Positions 50,716-63,985 of a DNA stretch of 64,000 nucleotides are shown here, piece after piece. The stretch spans positions 25,730,001 through 25,794,000 of the forward strand of contig NC_042998.1 of the NCBI RefSeq assembly GCF_006345805.1, in the 5' to 3' direction. The notes beneath the pieces were generated by a model. It was not told where the DNA came from, did not search any database, and saw only the letters and a list, made by a program, of their open reading frames with translations. The DNA comes from Octopus sinensis. Lineage: Eukaryota. A program made the position numbers and the translations under genes. Within the stretch, counting starts at the first letter, position 1. Each line of letters starts with the position of its first letter.

Positions 50716-53700
50716 GTGGATAGATGGACAACTCGGCAACAGACAGTTGGCCAACAGGACAGTTTTGTGGTATAGTACAGAGGTGGCGAGCTAGCAGAAT
50801 CGTTAGCACACCAGGCGAAATGCTTAGTGGTATTTCGTCTGCCAAGGTCGACTTCGCGTTTCATCCTTTCGGGGTCGATAAATTAAGTACCAGTTATGCA
50901 CTGAGGTCGATGTAATTGACTTAATCCGTGTGTCTGTCCTTGTCTATTCCCTCTGTGTTTAGCCCCTTGTGGGTAGTAAAGAAATAGGTATGGAAGTCGG
51001 CGAGCTGGCAGAAACGTTAGCACGTCGGGCGAAATGCGTAGCTGTAATTCGTCTGTTGTAATGTTGTGAGTTCAAATTCCGCCAAGGTTGACTTTGCCTT
51101 TCATCCTTTCGGGGTCGATAAGTTAAGTACCAGTTACGCACTGGGGTCGATGTAATCGACTTAATACCTATGTCTGTCTTTGTCCCATCTATGTTTAGCC
51201 CCTTGTGGGTAGTAAAGAAATAGGTATGGTACAGAGTCCTGTTGCCAGGCATAGGGTGTTCTAGCAGCCACCCTCTTGACCCAGGGCAGCACAACCTCCT
51301 CTACGCACTTGATGTAGGCATCCGTGTTGTGTCTGAGGCCATGTGGGAATTACCTGTCGGTGAATTGTCTGCATACAGATGTGTGGGTATGTGTGCATGC
51401 CTTTGTGTTTGTTCCCTACCACTATTTGATAACTGACGTTGGTTTGTTTACATCCCTGTAAGTTAGCCGTTCAGCAAAAGGAGACTGACGGAATAAAGGG
51501 GCAGGCTTAAAAATATGTACTGGAGTCAATTTATGCAGGCGAACCCTTCAAGGTTGTACCTCAGCATGTCACTGAAACACATTAAAGATAAAAGATATAC
51601 ACATGAATAATAATGTTTGCCTGAATGCACAGGTAAGCTTGTGTGTGTGTGTGTGTGGATGCACATGTATGTATATATGTGTGCATGTATGTTGTTTTTG
51701 TGTAAGTGCATAGTGGTGCAAATCGGTGCAACATGCGTTACTTATGACCCTTAGGGAGTAAACTTGTGAAAAGTGACATAAGTTAATATGTCAATAAACA
51801 CTAACACTTTGAAAAGTAGAGATCGATCAAATAAGTACCAGTCTAAGTATTGGATTGATATAATTGGTTAAAATCCTTAAATGTTGTCTCTCAGCTTGGT
51901 GTCAGTCATGACTGTAACCTTCAAAAGAATAAACTATACTAAATGAAAAGACAGAGCGAATTTGGTTAGATTTCGCTGATAAAATGAAAACCTAAAAGCC
52001 ATCAAAAAAAATTTCACTCTAGGATATATTTATCATAGCACAGAATAGCAATGATCATTTCACAGTCTAAATGGAAATAAATTGACTGACTTCCCTGTAA
52101 CTACTGGCAGTTCACTAAGATCAATGTATGAAGAATACACCTGATATCCTTGTAATCAAGTTTTGGTGTGACACTCTTATAGTATCTTTTATAACACTTA
52201 AGTGAAAATATCTTAGACACTGATAAAAAGAATTATATATTCAAATAATTTTGGTAATGTAGACAGAAGCTATCAACATTTTGCAATATCGGATATCATG
52301 CCATAATATCATATACATAAATCTATATCACATATAATAACTGAAACAAGAAATTTAAATCTAAGGATATAGGATAACATAAACATCATCATCATCCTCA
52401 TCATCATCATTATCATCGTTTAACATCTGCTTTCCATGCTAGCATGGGTTGGACGGTTCAACTGGGGTCTGGGAAGCCAGGAGGCTGCACCAGGCCCAGT
52501 CTGATCTAGCTTTGTTTCTACAGCTGGATGCCCTTCCTAATGCCAACCACTCCGTGAATGTAGTGGGTGTTTTTTATGTGCCACCAGCACAGGTGCCAAG
52601 CAAGGCTGGCAACAGCCACGATCGGTTGGTGCTTTTTACATGCCGAAACATCAAAAATTAGTACCACCAATATCAACTGAGAGCAATAACAAAATACGTT
52701 TTGTATAAAATTCTAAATTCAAATGATAGTTGCAAGCATGTTAATATATATGTAATCATACACAACTTCAGACAACACCAAACAATTATTACGATGAAAG
52801 AATAGCATGATACTTTTCTTAGCAAGAAACTATTTTGCACCTAACTATATTAAATGAAATAGAATAAATTCTTTTAAAGTAGGACATAGCACTCATGCTA
52901 TGTATTGTTCTTGGAGATCATGCATCTATCATTTAATTTAGATATTTAATGTATCTCAAATAAATTAGCTAAATACCAAGTTATCACATTCAATTTTTCT
53001 TTCCTTCTGATCTTTTCTAAAGATTCCAACCTTTGTTGTTTAAATATAATGGAAACGCAACTTTCCAAACTGTTATATGATGACTGAGTGAACTAACCTG
53101 GCATGAATGCAAATAATGGAATCAAAAATACAACAAATATAAAAGTAAAAATAAATGAAAATAATGATGTGAGATAATGATATTTTTACAATATGAATTC
53201 ATGGAATGTTAAGTAAATGTTAATTTGATAAATTGTCTTATTACAACATTAAGAACGACATTACATCTAGAACAAACGTTTTGATTTACATTCAACTTGA
53301 AATTACATTATCTTTATTTTACACACGTTTGTTGAACTGTGTTCTCATATTATGAATTGTAATAGCACCACTTATTTCCTTCTTACTAATGCTGTTGTAT
53401 TCTGGTTGCCTCAACCATAACCTCACAATTAAATCTTTAGCATTTCATCTTCATTGATCAAGCTTAGTCTTTCAGATTTACCTTTTAACAATTTGAAATT
53501 GGAAATGTTTGAGTTGATTTAGAATACAATAAATGCAGATATAATTTTTTGATATTGCAAGATAAGCCATCTTACTTGATATAGCAAGATAAGATTTTTC
53601 TAAATCAACACATAGATAAGATTTCAAATCTACTAAAATAAATAAATGAACACATGGTTTTGGTACGATGTGTTTATTTATTTTAGTAGTTTTGACTTTA

Positions 53701-54639
53701 AGAGTCCCTCCTAGTGTGTGGCATTTATGTGTAATAATGCCCTCTATATAACATAGATAAATAAATTTAAAGAAAAAAATTGATGGTTTTTTTTCCCTTA
53801 CTAACTACTTGATAAATTCTTATGAAGATTTTATCCTATTTTTGAATTGATAATATTTCAAGATAGGACTTTTCTAGATCAACATATATATTTTTAAATA
53901 TGCATAGGTAAAGTCAGATCAAAATTTTTACAAAGATAAATATTTATTTACCAAATAAACAAAGGTGAAAATAGAGTCATTTTTGATTGGCTCTATTGAC
54001 TCCAGGGGCTAGAAAAATGGGAAATGTTGCGGCTAGCCTTATTGACCCCAAGGGCTAGAAAAATGGGAAATATTGCAGCTATGCCTTCTTCTAACATCCT
54101 TGATAAGCTCGTTGTTATCAATGTTCACAAGACAAAACTATTTCATCAATTTGGTAGGAAATTTTTGTGCATCTATCTTTTCATAGCCTTTCCAGAAGTA
54201 ACTCTGATTTTATCTCTGATTTTCAAATCTTTCTTATGATAATACTTTGTATTATTTCCCTGTCCGTATTATATCAACAATAAATTAATTTCTATATATG
54301 AACTTTCACTTGTCTGAAGTAGAAGCATAGTATCTGTTACTAAATGAAAGTGTACCCCTATCATTACAGACACACTTTTTCTCAATAATGTATTCATTTC
54401 TTTTCAAAGTCTCTCTTTCAATCATTTTTATACATGAAAAGCTATATTGAAGCAGTGTTGAGCTTTCTGGCAGTGAACCCAAGAATGAGAACAAAGGATG
54501 AAATATAATTTCTATTTTTATAAATATCTCTTTTTTTTTACCTTCTTTTTATCTTTTTTTATTTTTTTTTTTTATTTCATTTTGTTTCCAGAATTGAAGA
54601 AAGGAAAATACATGAATATATTATATTATTGCTTATTTT

Positions 54640-55110
54640 ATTCTTTGACATTTCTTTTCGTTTTATTTTGTTTACTGCATAATAAAATATGAGCAATAGA
54701 TGGAAAGAAAGCTTTATTAACAATCAAAATAAATTAAGATGGAAATATTTTGTGGCAGGTGATTATTTCTTTTACAGTCAGAAAAATCAGAAATATAAAG
54801 AAAGGATAAGAACTCAAAAAGTTTTGCTAGTTGCATCAATGATCTCAGAATTCAATAGAAAGAGAAATTGATTACCTAACTGACAAACTACCTATTTCAT
54901 ATACATATACCCCAGCTGACGCTAAGTAAGCCAACAGATACAAAGAGCTGTATGCATGAATAAAACACCAAGTTTGATATCTATTACAATAGAGAAAGTG
55001 AAAGTTACCACATAAATCTTCCATTGAGGTTTATTTATTCCCCCAAGACAGGCTTACATTTGGTTGAATCATATTAACTAAATATCTAAGAACTGGAAAA
55101 GACGTCTTGG
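54640..55110 (+). pseudogene. Possible decayed TM plus TIR remnant
   Basis: Hydrophobic YSLTFLFVLFCLL, NRW, DYFFYS; then one frame SLISITIEKV...RQAYIW...KNWKRRL (TIR C-terminal pattern). Manual reading only. Confidence 0.3.
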
Positions 55111-55913
55111 GAATGAATAAAAAAATATCTGATTTGCCAATTATAAACTAGACTCTGACTGAATATTATTAAAAGTTCTAAATATATTACAAATTATTTC
55201 TATAATGGCTACAAAAGATAGTTTGATCTAGTCTCCATCAATTAAAATTATAAGCTGTAAAAGTAAAATATATCTTTTTAAACAAAATACATAAAAAACA
55301 ATTTGCTTTCATTGTTGCCTTCTTAATTCAAATGGGTAATAGAGATATTTCTTTGTCTTCATAAAATAATGGTTTAATGATTTAAAGAATGGTGGTAATG
55401 ATGCTGCTGGTGCTTAGTCATAGCTCTACACTAAGCAGACCTACGAAAAGTGCCTCAACACTGACCACGTTGCTTTGTTAGATGTATGTCGGGTGTTTCT
55501 TTAGTTAAGATGATAAAATGTGATTTGAGGGAAATTTGACTGCTATATCTGAGTGCCATGCGGGTGGCACATAAAAAGCACCACCCAAACAAGGTCAATG
55601 CCAGGGCCACCTGACTGATTCCTATGCCAATGGCACATAAAAAAGCACCCACTACACTCTCGGAGTGGTTGGCATTAGGAAGGGCATCCAGCTGTAGAAA
55701 CCTTGCCAGATTAGAATGGAGACTGGTGCAGCCGCTGGGTTTAGCAGACCTCAGTCAAACCGTCCAACCCATGCCAGCATAGAAAACGGACGTTAAACGA
55801 TGATGAGGATGATGTTTATATATGTCCAATCATGTTAAATGATTTATCCATCCCACCTGTTATTGAAATGATTATATTTCAATAATAAATGTTATATTAC
55901 CTTCATTGATTAG

Positions 55914-55955
<42 letters not shown>

Positions 55956-56339
55956 ATATACATATACACACACATATATATATATATACATGTATATATA
56001 TACATATATATATATACAGATATTTCGCGACCGTTGCCAGCACCGCCCCGTTTCGTGTCCGTTGCCAGCCTCGCCTGGCCCTCGTGCCGGTGGCACATAA
56101 AAAGCACCATCCGTTCGTGGCCGTTTGCCAGCTCTGTCTGGCACCAGTGCGGGTGGCACGTAAAAAGCACCCACTACACTCACGGAGTGGTTGGCGTTAG
56201 GAAGGGCATCCAGCCGTAGAAACACTGCCAGATTTGACTGGGCCTGATGAAGCCTTCTGGCTTCACAGACCCCAGTAGAACCGTCCAACCCATGCTAGCA
56301 TGGAAAACGACGCTAAATGATGATGATGATGATATGATG

Positions 56340-56372
<33 letters not shown>

Positions 56373-56423
56373 TATATACATGTATATATATACTTGTATA
56401 TATATACATATATATATATATAC

Positions 56424-56485
<62 letters not shown>

Positions 56486-56522
56486 CATATATATATATAT
56501 ACAGATATATATATATATATAT

Positions 56523-56577
<55 letters not shown>

Positions 56578-57841
56578 ATATACATATATATATATACATG
56601 TATATCTACACATGTATATATATATACATGTATATATATGTGTGTGTATATGTATGTGTGCATGTGTTTGTGTACCTACACACCTATACTATATATGTTT
56701 ATAACCCTCTCATCATTTTTTCCACAGACTTCTTTTTTCATATCACACAAAAATATTTCCTTCCTTCACTAGTTACATTTGTATTATTTATACTGCTAAG
56801 CATGCATTCAATGTTTTACCTTGTCATTTGAGCTACAAACACCAAGCACCTTCATTCCCCTGTCCTTCTATTACCATCTATTTAGCATACGATGATCTAA
56901 CCCCCTCCTAATTTTCCCTTTTTCAGTCAGGTCATTCCAAGTTCATTCTAATCTCAATGATTTACTTTTTAAAGTATCCTGGTTTACACCCTACTACAAG
57001 TGCTCTCTCATATTATTTTTTAATTCAGGTCAGCCTGACTTGGTAATCCTACTCCTTCTCTCTCGCTGCTTTAACATATATTTATGGCCAGAACCCCATG
57101 GAATCTTTTAGAATAGTTTTTGTCACCTGAGATGAAAGGTTGTCCCAAACTTTTGGTTTCCCCTCTTGCTTACAACATATTAACTTGATAAAACTCATGG
57201 ACTTGATTATTATTTTCTCTCAGCCATTAAGTTCATCCCAACGTTGATTTCACCACTCATCAACATCATCATTTAACATCCGTTTTCCATGCTGGCACCA
57301 GTTGGGCAGTTTGACAAAAGCTGGCGATCCAGGGAGCTGCACAAGGCCCCAATTGTCTGTTTTGGAGTGGTTTCTATGGTTGGGTGCCCTTCCTAATGCC
57401 AACCACTTTATAGAGTGTACTGGGTGCTTTTACAAGGCACCATCACCAGTGCTTTTTATGTGGCACCAGCTTCGGTGTTTTTTACATGGCACCAGTACCT
57501 GGCTAGGTGCCCTTCCTAATGCCAACCACTATATAGACTGTACTGGGTGCCTTTTATGAGACATCAGCACCTGTGAGCTCTGAAGACTAAAACCTCTCAA
57601 CTAAGAGAAAGAGTGGAACCATAAATTGACTTCTATATTTCTACAAACCAGCTTCTTCATTAGGTTTCCCAGCATAGATAAAATAACACTTAACAAAAAT
57701 TGCACAAAGATGTTTGGCAACATCTGAAGAGCAAAAGAAAGTTACTTTCCTTGTTGTGAAGTTGGTCAATAACCTTTTTTCTTGCTGATACACTTGGTTT
57801 CCATTTTCTAACTATGGTTACATATAAAGTTGATATAAAGT

Positions 57842-58512
57842 ATGAAGAAAAGAGAGGATGAAACCCATAAACTGACCACGGTCTGTCTATGCTATGTGAA
57901 AGGCCTCTCTGAAAAGATACAAAAGATATGCAGCTCATATGACATCAGGACAGTATTCAAGGGTAATACAACACTTTGCAAATATCTCCTTCGGGTAAAA
58001 CTACCAATAGAAGAGAATATGACCAAAGACTGCGTGTACTCCATCCCAAGCAGCAGTTGAAGGTTATACAAAGGCAAAACATGCCGCCCCCTCAAAATAA
58101 GGGTAGAGGAACATTGCAAAGCTGTGACACAAGGAGATATTGATAAATCGGGTGTAGCTGATCATGTATGGAAAAATGGAGACTACCTCCCCTGTGGGAT
58201 GAAGTTAAAATAATAGACAGAGAACACCACTGGAAAACATGAAAACTAAAAGAAACAGCATCATGCTAGGACACAACGACCTCCTAAGCAGACCGAGTGC
58301 AGATATGAACAGCATATGGGAACTGGTATTAAGGAAGGATAGTAAAATATCAGATTTATAAGCCCTAACATTCACTGCATAATTCCCCACAGGTATATGG
58401 TGTAGTAGTTAAGAATGTGGGCTGCTAACCCCAAGTTTCTGAATTCAATTCCAGGCAGTGACCTTAATAACAACAACATCGAAAAATATTTTAGGAATGA
58501 TAACCCAGGTTT
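57842..58512 (+). mobile_element. Penelope-like element 3' part: linker and GIY-YIG endonuclease, then a tRNA-like 3' region
   Basis: LCYVKGLSEKIQKICSSYDIRTVFK...CVYSIPSSS*RLYKGKTCRPLKIRVEEH...KSGVADHVW...EVKIIDRE; 58391-58512 matches the 23060-23238 element. Confidence 0.9.
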
Positions 58513-59824
58513 ACAAGGCTTGAGAACCATTGCTTTTTACATAAAACCATCACCATTGCTTTTTATATGGCACCAGCACCAGAACTGATGATTTTTACAT
58601 GGCACCTTGGAGTTAGGTGTGTAAACAAATCACATTATATATTTTAATCACATATGTTTTAAGTTTAACTTATGTCATTCATTCTTAGTAATTGATATTA
58701 TAAAGACAAAGATGATAGCATTAATATTGACAAAGATAATAGCATTGCCTATCATTTATTATTTAAGTGAATTAGTGACATGTGACATAATGGGTCACGC
58801 ACTGAAGATGATGTCAGGTAAGCAGAAGGGAGCAGTTGTGGGACATAATTGGAAGCAAAAGGAGAAGGAGAAGTGATGTGATGTGAAGGACAAGAAGATT
58901 CGAGGATTTTCTTTTGGACGGAAGGATTTAGCTACAACAGATGTAGTGTCAGGTTCTCTGTATATTGTAACCTCTGGTCAGTGGCTGAAGTAATGAGGAT
59001 CTCTTAGTTACGTTGTAAGTCAATCATCATCATCATCATTGTTCGACCGTGGTCGAGACAATGGAATTTACCATGCTACGCCAGACTTCATGGTCCAGCA
59101 TAGCATTACGGAGGTCCTGTTGCTGGATGCCTGTTAAGTTAAAGTCAGTGATTGAAGAATTCCCGGAGCTTAGGATTAGTGAATTCTTTGAACTTAATAC
59201 TCCATGACCTTTAATTGGGCTTTTTTTTTAAATCGATTTGACAGATTAACTATGAATAATGTGATGAAGGGAAAAAATGGTAATATTCCTGGAATAATTG
59301 GCCTACAATGTTATTCTACCACCAGAGAGCATTACAAAACTACAGTCTTACGTGCATGGTAGCACTTTTAAATGAGAGCAAAACTGTGTAAAATGTGAAA
59401 CCATTTAGCAACAAAGCACAAATACAAGAGAGACAAATTACTTGAATACTTAGAAAAAAAAAAATCAAGTAGTGATTTCTGAGAAGGGAAACCATTCTAT
59501 GAAATAAAGCAGACAATGGATTACTTACATTCTCTGATATTTCCAAGATAATTGCAAAAGCTGTCAGCCATATCTAATAAGCAATGAAATTTAAATTTTG
59601 CCTGAGGAATCTTTCGAGATCTTAACTGTCATGATACAGAATACATCTGAAGTTACCAAAATCATTCTTTTGAGAAATTTCTCAGTATTGAGGTACCTTG
59701 ATGAAAACAACTGAAAATGTGGGGGAAAAAAACTAGTTACATGGGATTTGATGAATCTGTTTTAAGGAATAACAAAGCTCTTCTAATAAAGTATGTTAAG
59801 TTTGGGAATTAATATCCTCTCTAA

Positions 59825-59962
59825 GTAGAATATTAGATTTATAAGCCCTAAAATTCACTCCATAATTTCCCACGGGCATATGGCGTAGTGGTTAAGAGTG
59901 CAGGTTACTAACCCCAAGATTCAGAGTTCAATTTCAGGCAGTGACCTGAATAATAATAATAT
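59825..59962 (+). mobile_element. Fragment of the Penelope 3' region with tRNA-like segment
   Basis: Matches 58341-58478, including ~50 bp upstream of the tRNA-like head. Confidence 0.8.
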
Positions 59963-60799
59963 TAGTAACAGACACCAAATAATAATTTTTGAAGAAATTG
60001 AGATTATTACAAGGGAAACAATATTCTTTGGTAATGCCTCTAGGGTAGGCAGGTATAGGGAGTGGGGGCATTGCTTATTTTAAAATGCTGTCCAAGGTTT
60101 TTTGTACACACTACAGGATATGTAACTGTTTTTTGTTTTTACCTTTTGTGGAATCTAGCTTCAGCTAAGTGATTGATCTACTGCCAAAAGCTCACATCTG
60201 AAAGGAGAAGTGATCTTCATTTGCACTAACAGCACTACAGATAGGTATTAAAAACTTGCGAGTTTTGCACCAACGACAACACTCAGACTGAATAAACAGC
60301 CAATCATAAGAATATTTTCGTTCTAATAGATATATTCTGTCTTTTTTTTCTTTTAAAGAGCTTCTTTATTGTAAATAAAGTCACATTAATAAAGTTAATA
60401 TGTGTCAGTTCTTATAGGTTCATGTCTAGATAATTCTATTTGTTAATACGTTGTCTTTCCGGCATAGAAACAGACATTTTTTTGTAATCTACAACAGACA
60501 GTTTTCTTATGATTCAGCTGCTATGCAAGTGATAAAACAGATTTTTTTTTTCCAATGTATATCTTCTACAGAGTAATAGGAGCAAGCACAGGAGTAATTT
60601 AATTTCATCAGGAGGTTATGAGTACAAATATGTTGAGAAGCACTGATCTAAGCATTTATATGGGTTGGTGGTTAGGGTATTCAGCTCACGATCGTAAGGT
60701 CGTGAGTTCAATTCCCAGTGACGCATTGTCTCCTTGAGCAAGACACTTTATTTCACATTGCCCCAGTTCACTCAGCTGGCAAAAATGAGTAGTACCCGT

Positions 60800-61220
60800 T
60801 CGGATGATGCTTTTTAGGTGCCATTGGCACAGGGAGCCAGTTAGGCAGCACTGGCAGCAATCTACGCATGAATGGTGCTTATTGCGTGCCACCAGCATGG
60901 GGGCCAGTCGGGTGGCGGTGGCATTGGCCACAACTACAATTTCCATTTTTGATTTCGATTTGATTAAGATTCTGATTGTGATTTTGATTTTTGATTTTTG
61001 ATTTTACTTGACTCAGTAAGTGTCCTCAAGCATGATGTGTGGCCCAACAATTCAAAGGTGCTTTTTAAATAGGCTGGTTGTGCGACACGAGTATAAGCTA
61101 CAGCTGTGATCTCACTTTATTTCCGGAGTCTTCTCAATCACAGCACATCTCCAGAGGTCTCAGTCTCTTGTCATTGCCTCTGTGAGACCCATTTGAAGGT
61201 CATGCTTCACCACCTCATGT
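60800..61220 (-). mobile_element. RTE LINE 3' fragment
   Basis: Minus-strand HEVVKHDLQMGLTEAMTRD*DLWRCAVIEKT followed by family C-type repeats. Confidence 0.7.
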
Positions 61221-62194
61221 AGCACCCATATTTCAAAGGGCCAGCTTTGTCACATGCTAAATCTCCCTGAGAACTACATTAATACTAAACGTGTCAGTGG
61301 AGTACTCAGCCACTAGCATGTTAATTTCATAAGCTGGCTGTTCCATCAATTGGATCAACTAGAACCCTCATCATCATAACCAGTAAAATGCCAGTTATCT
61401 TTTGAGTGTTCAACAAAAAAATGATTGCTTTATAATCCTTTCTACTATTAAGGCGCATGGCCCAGTGGTTAGAGCATCGAGCCTACAATCGTGAGGTTGT
61501 GAGTTTGAATCCCGGACTGGGCTGCTTGTTGTGTTCTTGAGCAAGGCACTTTATTTCACGTTGCTCCAGTTCACTCAGCTGTAGAAATGAGTTGCGACGT
61601 CACTGGTGCGAAGCTGTATTGGCCCCTTTGCTTTTCCCTTGGATAACACTGGTGGCGTGGAGAGGGGAAGCCGGTATGCATAGGCGACTGCAGGTCTTCC
61701 ATAAACAACCTTGCCTGCACATGTGCCTGGGAGGGTAACTTTCTAGGTGCAATCCCATGGTCAGTCATGACCGAAGGGGGTTATAGCAGTAAAATTAAGG
61801 CTTATCCAACACATTTGTTTATTCTTCCTCAAGTCACCCATACTGAGTTTCATCTCCCCAAAATACTCAACATTTTGTTCAATCATTAATCTCCATTCCT
61901 GCAACTGCAATCCTCACGGAGTAACTCTGTGCCTACATTTTTCTTGAAGATATCATCACCAATCTCTCCAGTTTGAGAAAAACCTTCAAACGTAAGTTGT
62001 ATTCTACCGTTTTCCTCTGAGCAAAGCAACTCATAAAGTCAGTTCCATCAATCACATCAAATAATATTCTATTACCAAAGCACCGAGTCAACGGATAAAG
62101 ATGCATGGAAGACATGTAGAGACATTGTCATCTTTGTTGTTGTTATCATTGTTGCCACTGTCACTGGCTATGACAGCTGTGGCAGGGGTATAAT

Positions 62195-62384
62195 TGGTAT
62201 CGTCATTGTCATTGTTGTCGTCATCATCATCATCATCATCACTGTTGTCAGCATCATCGTCATCATCTTTATCATCATCGTCATTGTCATCGTCATCATC
62301 CTCATTGTTGTCAGCATCCTCATCCTCCCCTTCATCATCATCATCATCATCATCATTGTCAGCATCATCATCGTCATCATCTTT

Positions 62385-62419
<35 letters not shown>

Positions 62420-62550
62420 TGTTGTCAGCATCATCATCCTCATCATCCTCATCATCCTCATCCTCTTCCTCATCATCATTGTTGTCAGCATCACCATCCT
62501 CATCATCTTTATCATCATCATCATCCTTGTCCTCATCATCATCATCAACA
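62195..62550. repeat. (CAT)n-derived microsatellite with recurring ttgtcagcatca interruption
   Basis: The interruption recurs five times at roughly 54-66 nt spacing. Confidence 0.9.
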
Positions 62551-62712
62551 ACAATCCATACCAGCACCAAAAGCAGACATTAAATGATGATGATGATGAT
62601 GAACAATGATGATGATGATGATGACGACGATGCCGAAGCCGCCGACGCTGCCAGCATCCTTATTACCACACATATACACAGAGAAGCAGAGAACGAATGA
62701 TTTGATATAATT

Positions 62713-63572
62713 ATAACTGCTTAAAATCATTCAAACATTTGTGCATTAAAAATGTGTACAAAATAAATTAATAAATAATGAAAAGCAAAGACGAAATTAT
62801 TGACTTAATATCATCATAGAAAGACTGTAAAGAAATATAGTCCAGTTTAGTATATAATTAGTGACAGGAACACACAAATCATATGATTACAGCAACATTA
62901 ATAGACGTGAAAGGAAAAAACAAACCATAATAGCTTTGATGGCTGATTGACAATATGCCAATATGTTGCAAAACTGACATGGTACTGTAAAATGTGCATA
63001 TATTGAATAAATAAAGATTATAGTTTGTAGCTTATGAATCAATAAAAACTCAAATAAATTCTGTTATGAATAATATTTTAGCTCAACAAAAAGATTGCTT
63101 ATAATTGTTTGAGGTAATTTGAAGAGTTTTAGCCAAATAATTTTGGTTTTCATAACGAACAGACCGATTTTTATAAAATATGGTATGAAACAAATTATAA
63201 TTGGTAATGTCAAAGCGTTTAATTACTAAAAGGAAAATGATAAATGTAATTCTTGATGCAGTAATTATATAAAGAAATTTGGACATTGACAACAAATTGT
63301 GTGAAAGAATGTGATCCAAAAGATGAGAATCAATGATATGGTTAGTATGGAATTATAGGAATTCAATGCGTCGTGCAGCATAGTGGGATGTAATGGAAAC
63401 CATTGTTAGAAGGGAATAAGAAAAATGCTTGAGGTTCAAGATCAGAGATCAAAAAGTTTTGAGAAAAACCAATATGCTACAGTGAGAAATTTTTTATCAA
63501 TTCAGTAATGGATAAAGCTAACAGCACAAGTGAAGCAAAGAAAAACTAAAAAGTAATTTTAATCAAACTATC
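62713..63572 (-). pseudogene. Possible decayed class A GPCR (7TM) remnant
   Basis: Ordered motifs SLIKITF*FFFASLVLLAL, QNFLISDL, FIIFLLVIKRF, VPVTNYILNWTIFL, FINLF-YTFLMHKCLNDFKQL*; many stops and frameshifts. Confidence 0.35.
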
Positions 63573-63687
63573 TCAACTGTAAACAGAGAACATTTAAATC
63601 TTAGAATCCCTGCAGATCAGTCAAGATAAGATTTGTTATGCATGTGAAATAGGCTTGCTATATTTAGAATCTCGTTATAATGTAGTG

Positions 63688-63985
63688 TGGAGGTGCAATG
63701 GCACAATGGTTAGAGCAGCAGACTTGCAGTTGTAGGATAGCAGTTTCAATTCCCAGACTGGGTGTTGTGAGTGTTTATTGATTGAATAAAAACACCTAAA
63801 GTTCCACGAATTCTGACAGAGGGTGGTGGTGAACCCTGCTGTACTCTTTTGCCACCACTTTCTCTTGCTCTTTCTGCCTGTTTCTGTTGTACCTTGTCAC
63901 ATTCTGTGTCACACTGAATCTCCCTGAGAACTACGTCAAGGGTACACATGTCTTGCACGTTAATTTCACAAGCAGGCTGTTCTAG
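63688..63985 (+). mobile_element. tRNA-derived SINE (same family as 11595-11980)
   Basis: Head ggaggtgcaatggcacaatggttagagcag; body shared with 11595-11980. Confidence 0.75.

Larger units (their letters stand above)
59500..62020 (+). pseudogene. Probable decayed Toll-like receptor (LRR-LRRCT-TIR) fragmented by repeats
   Basis: In order: YLISNEI*ILPEESFEIL (59571), FSVLRYLD, IFFGNA / ICNCFLFLPFVE (60118) / YCQK-SHLKGEVIF, QFSYD-SCYASDKTDFF (60499), YIFLEDIITNLSSLRKTFKRKLY (61934). Confidence 0.5.

Noticed and set aside
53995-54088. ~46-bp tandem duplication
   Set aside because: A simple two-copy local duplication with no further structure.
56244-56270. CTGATGA followed by a hairpin (also ctgacga at ~2579) as a hammerhead
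   Set aside because: No GAAA after the stem and no stem I or III; other family C copies read ctggtgc at this position.
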